A stretch of DNA of 64,000 bases. Origin: Candidatus Saccharimonadales bacterium. GTDB lineage: Bacteria; Patescibacteriota; Saccharimonadia; Saccharimonadales; JBGSXW01. This document shows, piece by piece, positions 38,334-47,463 of this stretch (within the stretch, counting starts at the first letter, position 1; each line of letters opens with the position of its first letter). Location: NCBI GenBank assembly GCA_041751215.1, contig JBGSXW010000005.1, positions 67,664-131,663 of the forward strand, given 5' to 3'. A program made the translations under genes and the position numbers. The notes beneath the pieces are model-generated. The model had not been told where the DNA came from and made no database searches. It saw nothing but the letters and a program-made list of their open reading frames with translations.

Positions 38334-40940
38334 ATGAAGCTACCCAAAACTTACGAACCCCAAAAATACGAAGCCGACATCTACAAGCTGTGGGAATCTT
38401 CTGGTGCCTTTGCTCCTACCGGTAAAGGTGAGCCTTTTTCGATCGTTTTACCACCACCCAACGCCACTGGAAAACTGCACGTTGGCCACGCTGCAATGCT
38501 AGCCATCGAGGACTGCGTGGTTCGATACCAGCGCATGCAAGGCAAGGACGTCTTGTGGGTCCCCGGAACAGATCATGCGGCCATTGCTACCAACTCCGTT
38601 ATGGAGCGGCAGCTAGAAGCCGAAGGCACTACTAAACACGAAGTCGGCCGGGATGACTTCTTGAAGAGACTTCATCTTTACGTTGATGAAAGCCGCGACA
38701 CCATCAACACTCAGGTGAGAGCTATGGGCGCTTCTATTGATTGGTCGCGCGAACGCTACACCATGGAGCCAGCCATGAATCGAATCGTTGGCTTGGTGTT
38801 TATCAAGATGTTTGAAGATGGCCTGATTTACAGAGGTAATCGCATTGTAAATTGGGATCCCAAAATGCAGACGACAGTGGCTGATGACGAGGTCGAGTAT
38901 GTGGAGGAAAAGGCCCCACTCTACACCTTAAAGTACGGTCCGTTTGAGATCGCAACTGCTCGCCCAGAAACTAAGTTCGGCGACAAATATGTGGTCATGC
39001 ACCCTGATGATAAACGCTACAAAGACTACAAGCACGGCGACACCTTTGAAGCCGAATGGATTAACGGCAAAGTTACGGCCACCGTTATTAAAGATGGGGC
39101 CATCGACCCGGAATTCGGCACTGGTGTTATGACCATTACTCCTTGGCACGACGTTACCGACTTCGAAATCGCCGAGCGACATAAACTCGATAAGCAGCAA
39201 GTCATCGACTACGACGGAAAATTACTTGATATTGCTGGCGACCTCAAGGGTCTGTCGATTACCGAAGCTCGACCCAAGATTGTCGAGATTCTAAAAAGCA
39301 AAGATCTGCTGGTTAGTGTTGAGGAAAATTACACTCACAACATCGCAGTAAGTTACCGCGGCAAAGGGGTAATAGAACCTCAGATCAAAGAACAATGGTT
39401 TGTTGATGTAAACAAAGAGGCCGTGCACTGGAAGGGTCACAAACGCTCGCTCAAAGAAGTCATGCTCAGCGTCATCAAAGACAGCGACATTGATATCTTG
39501 CCGGCGCGGTTCGACAAGACTTATTTTCACTGGGTCGAGAACCTGCGCGATTGGTGCGTGTCGCGACAAATTTGGTGGGGCCACCGTATTCCGGTTTGGT
39601 ACCGCAGCCAGGACGGAAAAACAGAGGTCAAAGCTAGCCTAAACCAGCCCGAGGGTGATGGCTGGAAGCAAGATCCTGACACTCTAGACACTTGGTTTAG
39701 TTCGGCGCTTTGGACCTGGAGCACGCTAATCGAGCCAGACCTGGCTACGAACGAAAAGTTTGACCTAGAAGACATGCTCAAAAAGAGCCAAGACTTTAAC
39801 CGCTATCATCCAACAACTCTAATGGAGACTGGCTACGATATTATCTTCTTTTGGGTAGCTCGAATGATCCTAATGACTACCTACGTAACCAACCAGGTTC
39901 CCTTTAAAACTGTGTACCTGCACGGCCTGGTGCGCACTAAGGACGGCTCGAAGATGAGTAAATCTCATCCTGAGCAAGCCATCGACCCACTCGATATGAT
40001 TGCCAAATACGGCACCGATGCCCTGCGCTTAGCCATGATGGTCGGACAAGCTCCAGGTCATGACATGCGCTTGTTCGAGGAAAAGATTGCCGGCTTTAGA
40101 AACTTCTGCAACAAGCTGTGGAACATGGCTCGTTTTGTTGAAGACAATGCCTCGCATCCACATAAAGTTGAGCCAAAAACTCCAGCTGATCATTGGATTC
40201 TAGAGCGCCTGGGCCGCACTTTAACAGAGGTAGAGAACAAAATGTCTACCTACGAGCTTGGCCAGGCATACGAGCTGGCATACCACTTCATTTGGGACGA
40301 TTTTGCCGACTGGTACATCGAGGCCAGCAAAGCCGACCTAAACGAAGGGGTGCTCATCCACGTCATGGAGGCAGCACTGCATATGACCCATCCATTCGCG
40401 CCGTTTGTCACAGAAACCATCTGGGAGACGCTGGACTGGGAAAAACGGCCGCTAATCAGCTCTGCGTGGCCGACAGCCCAGGGTAGTGACCACAAACAAG
40501 CCGAAGAATTCGCCGAAATTATGACCATCGTTAAAGAAGTACGCTATCTTCGTGCCCAACTTGGCACACAGCACAATCATCTGTACTTTGCTCAGAGTGA
40601 ATTCTTAACCAAACACAGTAATCTTATCGCCAAACTGGCAAATCTTGAGGGCGTTACGCCAGTAGCCGAGGGCAAGGGACTCCACCTGACTACAACTACG
40701 CACGATTGCTGGCTAGATGTTGAGGAGACGAAAATCCGTGAATACCTCGAAAAGCTTTCCTCGATTAAAGAGGCCACCGCCGCTAAAGTCACCAATTTTG
40801 AGAAGCGACTAGATAACAAACAGTACCTTAAGTCCGCGCCAAAGGCGGTAGTAGATGAGACAAAGCAGCAGCTAGATGACGCTCGCTCGCATCTAGTTCG
40901 ACTCGAAGGCGAGCTAGATCAGTTTAAATCCGCGCTTTAG
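38334..40940 (+). CDS. valS: valine--tRNA ligase
   Basis: 868-aa ORF. HIGH motif PPPNATGKLHVGHA, KMSKS motif GSKMSKS, editing domain, C-terminal coiled coil. Confidence 0.97.
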   Translation: MKLPKTYEPQKYEADIYKLWESSGAFAPTGKGEPFSIVLPPPNATGKLHVGHAAMLAIEDCVVRYQRMQGKDVLWVPGTDHAAIATNSVMERQLEAEGTTKHEVGRDDFLKRLHLYVDESRDTINTQVRAMGASIDWSRERYTMEPAMNRIVGLVFIKMFEDGLIYRGNRIVNWDPKMQTTVADDEVEYVEEKAPLYTLKYGPFEIATARPETKFGDKYVVMHPDDKRYKDYKHGDTFEAEWINGKVTATVIKDGAIDPEFGTGVMTITPWHDVTDFEIAERHKLDKQQVIDYDGKLLDIAGDLKGLSITEARPKIVEILKSKDLLVSVEENYTHNIAVSYRGKGVIEPQIKEQWFVDVNKEAVHWKGHKRSLKEVMLSVIKDSDIDILPARFDKTYFHWVENLRDWCVSRQIWWGHRIPVWYRSQDGKTEVKASLNQPEGDGWKQDPDTLDTWFSSALWTWSTLIEPDLATNEKFDLEDMLKKSQDFNRYHPTTLMETGYDIIFFWVARMILMTTYVTNQVPFKTVYLHGLVRTKDGSKMSKSHPEQAIDPLDMIAKYGTDALRLAMMVGQAPGHDMRLFEEKIAGFRNFCNKLWNMARFVEDNASHPHKVEPKTPADHWILERLGRTLTEVENKMSTYELGQAYELAYHFIWDDFADWYIEASKADLNEGVLIHVMEAALHMTHPFAPFVTETIWETLDWEKRPLISSAWPTAQGSDHKQAEEFAEIMTIVKEVRYLRAQLGTQHNHLYFAQSEFLTKHSNLIAKLANLEGVTPVAEGKGLHLTTTTHDCWLDVEETKIREYLEKLSSIKEATAAKVTNFEKRLDNKQYLKSAPKAVVDETKQQLDDARSHLVRLEGELDQFKSAL

Positions 40941-40953
40941 GGTTAGGTGTTAG

Positions 40954-41802
40954 CTATTTAGAGTTTACGACTTTACCGAGTCGCTCAACTGACTCTTTGG
41001 GGCGCGAGTCGTCAAACCAAAACACCCGCCAGTGACGAAGCTCAGCTGCACGGAGGTTAGACGGAGTGTCGTCAATCAATAGAATTTGCTCGGGCGGACA
41101 CTTGGCTGCAACCTCAGCAACTTCATAGATTTTTGCGGCCGGCTTAAGCGCTCTGACCTCTGAGGAATCAATAATTGCTGCGTAATCAAGTTTAGGCAGC
41201 AAATTCAGCTTAATCATCTCTTTTAAGAATCCCGGGAAGATATTGCTAATTAATCCGACGCTGTGATGTTTAGATGTTTGCTCCAGCCAGTCGTGCATTG
41301 CTTGAATCGGCTCGATTGCTTCGTAGTAATAGTGTTTCCAATCGATCGGCTCGCTAATACCAAGCCTCGCCGACCAAGCCTTTTGGTAATCCTCGAGGCT
41401 AATCTGACCACTGTTTACGGCATCGCAGTAATGCCAGAATGCCGACTCTACTCGGTCCATGCTTACACCAAAGTCTTTGGCCATAGCCGTAAAGGCGCGC
41501 TGGTAAAATCGAACTAATACACCGTTAACATCGCAGTAAACGAAGCTAATTTCTTGGCTGGGCAAAACTTTCAGGGGCTTGGGTTTGGTCTTAAGTCCAA
41601 GGATCTCTTCAATCGAAACTTCTAGCACACCGGCTAGGGCCTGAACCGTAAATATAGAGGGGTTTTTAATAGCACCCCGTTCAATTTTAGCTAAGGTCGA
41701 ATAAGCCAAGCCCGCCTTATCTGATAAGTCGTCTTGGGTTAGTCTCTTCTCTTGCCGCAATTTTTGGATCGCTCGGCCGAGCGCTTTAGAATCAGCCACC
41801 AT
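40954..41802 (-). CDS. fusion protein: XRE-family HTH domain + HAD-superfamily hydrolase-like domain
   Basis: 282-aa ORF. N-terminal LGRAIQKLRQEKRLTQDDLSDKAGLAYSTLAKIERG (Cro/C1 HTH). C-terminal part carries HAD-like motifs (YCDVNGVL, GLISN, LLIDDTPSNL). Confidence 0.7.
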   Translation of the reverse strand: MVADSKALGRAIQKLRQEKRLTQDDLSDKAGLAYSTLAKIERGAIKNPSIFTVQALAGVLEVSIEEILGLKTKPKPLKVLPSQEISFVYCDVNGVLVRFYQRAFTAMAKDFGVSMDRVESAFWHYCDAVNSGQISLEDYQKAWSARLGISEPIDWKHYYYEAIEPIQAMHDWLEQTSKHHSVGLISNIFPGFLKEMIKLNLLPKLDYAAIIDSSEVRALKPAAKIYEVAEVAAKCPPEQILLIDDTPSNLRAAELRHWRVFWFDDSRPKESVERLGKVVNSK

Positions 41803-42012
41803 GTCTCTATGGTATCACAATACTAGTATCGTAGTACTAGCTAACAGATTAGAAATATATAAATCAAACGCAAAAAAGGTAAGTAACGGCCGCCTCTGTT
41901 TAACTTAATTGTAGCTGCGGTGTTTAAAAAAGGGAAGCGCTTTCAGCTTTGGCTCATATTTTATGAAGCAAGGGTGAAAGGACAAGAGATAGATTGATCG
42001 CAGGGGTGGATG

Positions 42013-42069
42013 CTCCGGGAGGGGGGCGATGCGGTGTGGGTGGGCGAAACCCACAAACCCCTCCCGGAG
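42013..42069 (-). terminator. strong hairpin downstream of islet D operon
   Basis: CTCCGGGAGGGG (42013-42024) pairs with CCCCTCCCGGAG (42058-42069), with an inner GTGGG/CCCAC stem. No clear U-run, so function as a terminator is tentative. Confidence 0.45.
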
Positions 42070-42089
42070 CAGAACTTGTTCAACCAAGC

Positions 42090-42188
42090 CTACGACAGCA
42101 TGACCGCAAGAGCTCCACCGATCACGATGATAAATAGAAATGCCCACGGTATGAACTGCCACGTACTGATCTGTCGCTCGGGATCCAT
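42090..42188 (-). CDS. 32-aa hydrophobic micro-protein (islet D, gene 4)
   Basis: Hand translated: MDPERQISTWQFIPWAFLFIIVIGGALAVMLS. The ATG lies 7 nt after the stop of the upstream gene. GC3-rich. Confidence 0.4.
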   Translation of the reverse strand: MDPERQISTWQFIPWAFLFIIVIGGALAVMLS

Positions 42189-42194
42189 GGTCGG

Positions 42195-42410
42195 CTACAA
42201 GCTGCTGAGGTCGATGACCCAGTTGAGGACCAGGCCGCCCAGCATGTAGAGAGCCCAACCGACGAGCACTAGCGCCGCCACGCCCACGGAGGCAATGATC
42301 AGAAGGCGCAGCCCCCCGAGCGTTGCTTCCATCTGCTCTTCATCACTGAGCGGCTTCTGGCCATACGCCAAGCTGTCGAGACTGAAGTCTGTAGCATGTT
42401 CGTCCATCAT
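42195..42410 (-). CDS. 71-aa single/double-TM small protein (islet D, gene 3)
   Basis: Track ORF with an acidic N-terminus, then LRLLIIASVGVAALVLVGWALYMLGGLVLNWVI. GC3-rich. Confidence 0.5.
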   Translation of the reverse strand: MMDEHATDFSLDSLAYGQKPLSDEEQMEATLGGLRLLIIASVGVAALVLVGWALYMLGGLVLNWVIDLSSL

Positions 42411-42465
42411 GATTCCCCCTGATGGTCTAGTTTTCGAGTGAACTTTGCTAGCCCCTTTTTGCCAC

Positions 42466-42567
42466 CTAGAAGATCGCGGATACGATCCAAAAGATCAGGA
42501 ACCAGAGAGCAAGGCTTATCGGCATTGCAATCACCAGGCCCTTGAAAAAGTTGCCTTGTGCTTCCAT
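42466..42567 (-). CDS. 33-aa hydrophobic micro-protein (islet D, gene 2)
   Basis: Hand translated: MEAQGNFFKGLVIAMPISLALWFLIFWIVSAIF. A G-rich SD-like GGGGGG lies 4 nt upstream. Confidence 0.4.
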   Translation of the reverse strand: MEAQGNFFKGLVIAMPISLALWFLIFWIVSAIF

Positions 42568-42590
42568 CTAACCCCCCGGGGTTCAGACCG

Positions 42591-42761
42591 CTACTGGCTT
42601 GCCACCACCAAAATTGCGACTGGCAGCACCAAACACAGCGACATGAGCGAAAAGAGCACGAAGCCGAGCCGTCGTCGGTACTGCGGGTCTACTTTGTAGT
42701 CCGGATGTGAGCGGGATTCGCTGCGCCTCAACGCCGGTTCGTATGGAAAGTGCGGGTACAT
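42591..42761 (-). CDS. 56-aa single-TM small protein (islet D, gene 1)
   Basis: The internal Met of track ORF 42591..42872 is preceded by a perfect AAGGAG 7 nt upstream. MYPHFPYEPALRRSESRSHPDYKVDPQYRRRLGFVLFSLMSLCLVLPVAILVVASQ. Confidence 0.55.
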   Translation of the reverse strand: MYPHFPYEPALRRSESRSHPDYKVDPQYRRRLGFVLFSLMSLCLVLPVAILVVASQ

Positions 42762-42864
42762 GGGCGTCTCCTTGGAGTCGTCGAACAGTCTATCTCTTGT
42801 CGATGAACTTCTCGAGCACATTAAGCGCTCAACACTAATAATTACTGTAGTATCAAAACCCTGA

Positions 42865-43275
42865 TTATGCAAGTGACGCAGATATCTTCAGTCGTTCGGC
42901 CATAGCGCTAAGGGCTGCGTGATCTGGCTCGGAAGTAAGGTTTGGCTGCATTCGAAAATCCTCTCCACTGTTAATTGGGAAGACCTTAACGTGCACGTGA
43001 TCAACTTCCATACCTTCAATCTGGACGCCAATTCTTAGTTTGTCGGGAAAAACTTCTCGCTGTTTTTTAGCAACTAGTTTTACGGTTTGCCATAGCGCCT
43101 TGTAGGCTTCGTCGTCTAGTTCGTAGAAGTTGCCAATCTGTTGTTTTGAAACCACCAACACCATACCGGGCTGAACTGGGTGAATATCCATAAGGGCTAG
43201 GGTGTGTTGATCCTCGTAAATTTTGTGGGCAGATAGCTCACCTTTAATGATTTGCGTAAATATGCTGTCGTTCAT
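42865..43275 (-). CDS. HIT-family (histidine triad) protein
   Basis: 136-aa ORF. IFTQIIKGELSAHKIYEDQHTLALMDIHP and the histidine triad VDHVHVKVFP. Confidence 0.9.
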   Translation of the reverse strand: MNDSIFTQIIKGELSAHKIYEDQHTLALMDIHPVQPGMVLVVSKQQIGNFYELDDEAYKALWQTVKLVAKKQREVFPDKLRIGVQIEGMEVDHVHVKVFPINSGEDFRMQPNLTSEPDHAALSAMAERLKISASLA

Positions 43276-43420
43276 GGTTGTTAATTGCCCCTCGATATAA
43301 GTTTATCTAAGTTTTTTGCGTCTATGCCTACATTCTATCCTATACTTTTGTTTCGTACGCGGCTTAAATCTTTCCATATGCCCGGACTCGAATGTTAAAC
43401 TAACATCAAGAAGCACTAGC

Positions 43421-44506
43421 ATGATGAATAAACTAACGAGAATACTACGCTTTATTGTTCACAAAATGACGCTGCTGGTATTTGCGCTGGTCGCCTCGCT
43501 CTTTATTCTGACTTTTACAGTCAACCAAATCACTGCCAGCCCAGAAAGTGTTAAAAACTGGCTATCAGAGTCCGACACTTACAAAAATAGCTTACAGAGC
43601 TTTCTAGAGCTGCTTAATACCAGTTCTGGGCCTAACGCTGAGTCGGCAGCCGACAAACTGGGCGGTAACCAGTCTATAAGTCAAAGTAAAATCACAACCG
43701 CGGTGGTTGAGGCCATAGATCCAGCGTTTTTACGGGATCAAGTCGAGGGTGGAATTGATGGCCTTTACGCATGGCTGAAAGGCGAAACTCAGACACCTCA
43801 ATTTTCAGTTAGCCTTGCTGGCCGTCACTCGGCAATGATCGAGTCTCTGACAAACACTCTCTACGATGAGCTTAAGGATCGCCCGCTGTGTGCAAACGCA
43901 AGCAACCTCAACACCGACAACCTGCTAGAAGCCAACTGCCAAATTCCGCGTGCAGAGCTACGGGTTTTGGTAGTTCGATTGATAAAACAAGATTTGGCAA
44001 AAGAAATTGCAGTCTTTAGCACAGAAGGTTACAACGGAGATTCGTTAAATCTATCTAGAAGTAGCGCCGAATCAATACCCAAAAACTTTGCGATCATTAG
44101 CTGGGTTCCCTGGTTCTTGTTGCTCTTGGTAATTGGTTTGTCCGGCTTGATCATCTTGACTGCAAAAGGCTTGGACCGCGGCCTGCGCGAAGCCGGCGTG
44201 GCACTAATCAGCCTAGCGGGATTAACCCTGCTTGGAACCTTTATTTTAAGCTGGGTTAGCTCTTTGATCCCTGTTTGGCAGCCTGGTGATAAAGTTAGCA
44301 CGGCCGGAGAAGCTAACTTTGCGAAAGATGTCTTAAAGCCGTTGATGGAAGTAATCATTAACGACGCTATGAGCGCTACAAGGTTAGCCTGTTTGATACT
44401 TTTGCTACTTGGGGGAGCTGCATTGGCGGGCGGGCTTGTTTGGAAGAATAAGGTAGCTAAAAGATCAGCTGATGCTGAGCCAATCCGTTCGCCATCTGTT
44501 AAGTAG
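43421..44506 (+). CDS. polytopic membrane protein, unknown function
   Basis: Start at MMNKLTRILRF (43421) within track ORF 43316..44506. N-terminal TM, a roughly 220-aa extracytoplasmic segment, then C-terminal TM helices. Confidence 0.6.
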   Translation: MMNKLTRILRFIVHKMTLLVFALVASLFILTFTVNQITASPESVKNWLSESDTYKNSLQSFLELLNTSSGPNAESAADKLGGNQSISQSKITTAVVEAIDPAFLRDQVEGGIDGLYAWLKGETQTPQFSVSLAGRHSAMIESLTNTLYDELKDRPLCANASNLNTDNLLEANCQIPRAELRVLVVRLIKQDLAKEIAVFSTEGYNGDSLNLSRSSAESIPKNFAIISWVPWFLLLLVIGLSGLIILTAKGLDRGLREAGVALISLAGLTLLGTFILSWVSSLIPVWQPGDKVSTAGEANFAKDVLKPLMEVIINDAMSATRLACLILLLLGGAALAGGLVWKNKVAKRSADAEPIRSPSVK

Positions 44507-44523
44507 GGTCTTGTTGCAATGTT

Positions 44524-44615
44524 TGGCGGAGAGGGAGGGATTTGAACCCTCGAAACGTCTTGCAACGTTTACACGATTTCGAGTCGTGCGCCTTCAGCCG
44601 CTCGGCCACCTCTCC
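44524..44615 (-). tRNA. tRNA-Ser(CGA)
   Basis: Reverse complement GGAGAGGTGGCCGAGCGGCTGAAGGCGCACGACTCGAAATCGTG...GAGGGTTCAAATCCCTCCCTCTCCGCCA. Anticodon loop CTCGAAA, long variable arm, encoded CCA. Confidence 0.92.
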
Positions 44616-44683
44616 ACGACAAGCAATTGTATCAGATTGAGCACTGATTGCACGTACTGCGTTTATGTGGTATGGTTTGCCCC

Positions 44684-45049
44684 ATGATAGACGTCGACCC
44701 AAATCAAGAGGCTGTAGATATTACACCTTCAATGGCGTTGATTGCAGCTCGCAATCAACTGGGGCTTGCTCATTACGAACGAGGCATCATTTCAGATGAA
44801 GCGGTTGAGTGCTTTACGGTGGCAGCTGCCGTCGTGCATGATGTCGGCGCTCGTTACCTAGAGACAATGTCCGAAGCTTCAGGCTTACCACTGATAGGAG
44901 TTGAAGCCCAGCGTGAAATCGCTTTTTCTACCCTAGTCGAATACGGAAGCCGAAGCGTCGACCACTCAAACACTCACGAGCAATACTACGAACACACCTT
45001 AAAGTTCCTAAAAGATCTTAGTCAGCTATTTGAAGATGAAGGCTACTGA
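44684..45049 (+). CDS. hypothetical protein
   Basis: About 121-aa ORF. Start uncertain: track 44648, alternative Met at 44684. No motif. Confidence 0.45.
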   Translation: MIDVDPNQEAVDITPSMALIAARNQLGLAHYERGIISDEAVECFTVAAAVVHDVGARYLETMSEASGLPLIGVEAQREIAFSTLVEYGSRSVDHSNTHEQYYEHTLKFLKDLSQLFEDEGY

Positions 45050-45591
45050 AGCCAGGAATACTTTTTAACTAGATTTTGCTTGGCCCACCATTTTCCAAGT
45101 CCTAAGACCTGAGTGCCATTAGCTAGAACTATCCCGATTAGAACCAGCGAGTAAATAATATGGTCGTCGACTATCGGATGATGCTCGGGCGGCAATACGG
45201 CCGTGTACATCATCAAAAGCATTGCAGCACCAGAAATTGCTGCGATTTTTACGCCAATCCCAAGAATTAGCGAAGCTCCGATTAACAGTAGTCCCAGCAT
45301 AAATAGCCAGTCCACAAAGGCACTACCCGCCAAACTTTGGTAAAAGTCGGCAAACGGACCTTTTGTGCCGAAGTTAAGAAAGCCCTCGGTTGGCGATCCG
45401 CCATTAATCCAGGCTGACTCACACATTTTATCTACTACATTAGTTTCGCTGTTTCTACAGGTTGAAAATCCTAAACCATACAGCTTATCGGCAAACGCCC
45501 AAAGAAAAATTGACCCCAAGCCAATTCTCAGTAAAGCGATGACGTAATCCAAACTCAGTGCATTAATCTGCTTAGTGCTTTTACGAGCCAT
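45043..45591 (-). CDS. DoxX-family membrane protein
   Basis: 182-aa ORF with four TM helices. N-terminal LLRIGLGSIFLWAFADKL pattern is typical of DoxX. Confidence 0.7.
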   Translation of the reverse strand: MARKSTKQINALSLDYVIALLRIGLGSIFLWAFADKLYGLGFSTCRNSETNVVDKMCESAWINGGSPTEGFLNFGTKGPFADFYQSLAGSAFVDWLFMLGLLLIGASLILGIGVKIAAISGAAMLLMMYTAVLPPEHHPIVDDHIIYSLVLIGIVLANGTQVLGLGKWWAKQNLVKKYSWLQ

Positions 45592-45817
45592 CTAACCACC
45601 CTCCTCTTATTGCTTGTGCTTATGATAGACCCAGATAGCAGTTTGAGCAATAAGAAGTACTTTTCAGGGATACTTATCCCGGCCTTAAATTAGCGAGCCA
45701 CAGCACATGACGACCGGTGGTGCTGCAAGCTTCGCTGGCTATCAGTTTCAAATCTGCTGGGCTCCGCCCAGCTTTGAATTAACAAACCGCCCTTTTCAGG
45801 ACGGTTTTTAATTCAAC

Positions 45818-45894
45818 TGGTGTACCCGGCAGGATTTGAACCTGCGGCCTTTGGCTCCGCAAGCCAACGCTCTATCCAGCTGAGCTACGGGTAC
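45818..45894 (-). tRNA. tRNA-Arg(GCG)
   Basis: Reverse complement GTACCCGTAGCTCAGCTGGATAGAGCGTTGGCTTGCGGAGCCAAAGGCCGCAGGTTCAAATCCTGCCGGGTACACCA. Anticodon stem TTGGC/GCCAA, loop TTGCGGA (U33, anticodon GCG, G37). Confidence 0.85.
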
Positions 45895-45978
45895 ATAGTT
45901 TTACTTATTTTACTTGGTTCCATGCACCGAATCTTAGCTGGATAGAGTGGGCCATTATCTAAAACGGCTTCGCCTGGG

Positions 45979-45999
45979 CCAGCTGAGCTACGGGTACAT
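45979..45999 (-). repeat. 21-bp exact duplicate of the tRNA-Arg 5' end
   Basis: CCAGCTGAGCTACGGGTACAT at 45876-45896 and again at 45979-45999. The intervening 82 bp contains a D-arm-like TAGCTGGATAGAG on the opposite strand. Confidence 0.8.
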
Positions 46000-46138
46000 G
46001 ATTTACGTATATAAAATTGCTTGACCATTTGCCTTGGCCGAACGCTAGCAAACGCTAACGCCGGCACAAGTGCATCTGGTTTCTAAATAGAAGGTGCATC
46101 CGCCGGAGGCGGAACAGAGGTCACTATATCACACCGGA

Positions 46139-46666
46139 CTAAAATCGCAAACGTTCAAAGAAACGATCAACCACATCTGGTTGTCTATCTTCGTGCGGCA
46201 AGTGCTCGGCCAAGATATTAACAATTTTTTCCGCGTCTTCGTTGCTAAAATAAACCGAAATTGCGGGTAAAAACCGCTTAACCGGAATGAGCTGCGCGCT
46301 AACAAATCCGACTTCTTGTCTAACGGAAAAGGACTTTAGCTCACTAAAAAGATACTGCTTGTTTTCAATCAAAATGCCACTGGCGCCAATTCCATAGTTT
46401 AGTACTCGGGGCGGGCGCTTGGCAAAAAGAATAAAAGCCGTGAACATTAATGCAATGACAACGGCTGAAACTACGTCGATAAATACAGCCAATAAAACTA
46501 CCAGTACAACTCCGGCAGCCGCCACCCCAATAAACCAACTTGCCTGCTTTTCATGATGAACAAACTCGGAGGCCTGCCAGGTAGTAGTAGGCTCAATTTG
46601 AACTGGCTCAGGCGGACCCTGGGCCTGTTGGAGAGGAGTTTGCGGTTGACCTGGAGTAATTTCCAT
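46139..46666 (-). CDS. two-TM membrane protein, unknown function
   Basis: 175-aa ORF. Pro/Gln-rich N-terminus, a TM hairpin, then a roughly 90-aa cytoplasmic domain. Confidence 0.55.
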   Translation of the reverse strand: MEITPGQPQTPLQQAQGPPEPVQIEPTTTWQASEFVHHEKQASWFIGVAAAGVVLVVLLAVFIDVVSAVVIALMFTAFILFAKRPPRVLNYGIGASGILIENKQYLFSELKSFSVRQEVGFVSAQLIPVKRFLPAISVYFSNEDAEKIVNILAEHLPHEDRQPDVVDRFFERLRF

Positions 46667-46689
46667 AAGCTTTATTGTAAACTAAAGCC

Positions 46690-46923
46690 ATGAACAAAAG
46701 AAAGAACCTGGTTATTGTCGTATGCGTAGTTATAGCTGCAGTTGCTTGCATGCTCGTCTGGAAGTACTTTATTCAAGACAGCACCGTATTGGCGCCAGAC
46801 GGCACACCTTACAAATACAGTCATACGTTTAGCGGTGATGAGCCTCTATGTGACGCGATTACCTTAGATTGCGGCTACTGCGAGGGCGAGTTGGTTGGCG
46901 ACACCTGCTACTGGAATGATTAA
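46690..46923 (+). CDS. small anchored Cys-rich protein
   Basis: 77-aa ORF. N-terminal TM or signal anchor, four Cys in the C-terminal 30 residues. Confidence 0.5.
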   Translation: MNKRKNLVIVVCVVIAAVACMLVWKYFIQDSTVLAPDGTPYKYSHTFSGDEPLCDAITLDCGYCEGELVGDTCYWND

Positions 46924-46991
46924 ACAAGGGTAACAAAAAACCACCCTTGCCGTGAGCTTTGCATGTGGGCATAGGTGGTTGGTGCAATGCT

Positions 46992-47248
<257 letters not shown>

Positions 47249-47463
47249 ACAATGGCATGTTAAACAATATCTCCCATCTGGGCAAGCACGTGCAGGCACA
47301 GGAGGGATAGCGCTACGCGCTCAGACTTCGATGCTCGGCAACAACAAGCACAAGGTCTTGCTGTTGGCCTGCGCGTCTTGTCTATCGAACCCCAAGGGGT
47401 TCTCATCTCGTCATATCAACTGCCAGGTCCCTGCAGCCAACCTTTGGGCTGGCTCCATGGACC

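Noticed and set aside
44029-44565. The 178-aa minus-strand ORF antisense to the membrane protein gene 43421..44506.
   Set aside because: Its N-terminus is tRNA-Ser(CGA) antisense sequence. The plus-strand ORF is longer and has coherent TM topology.
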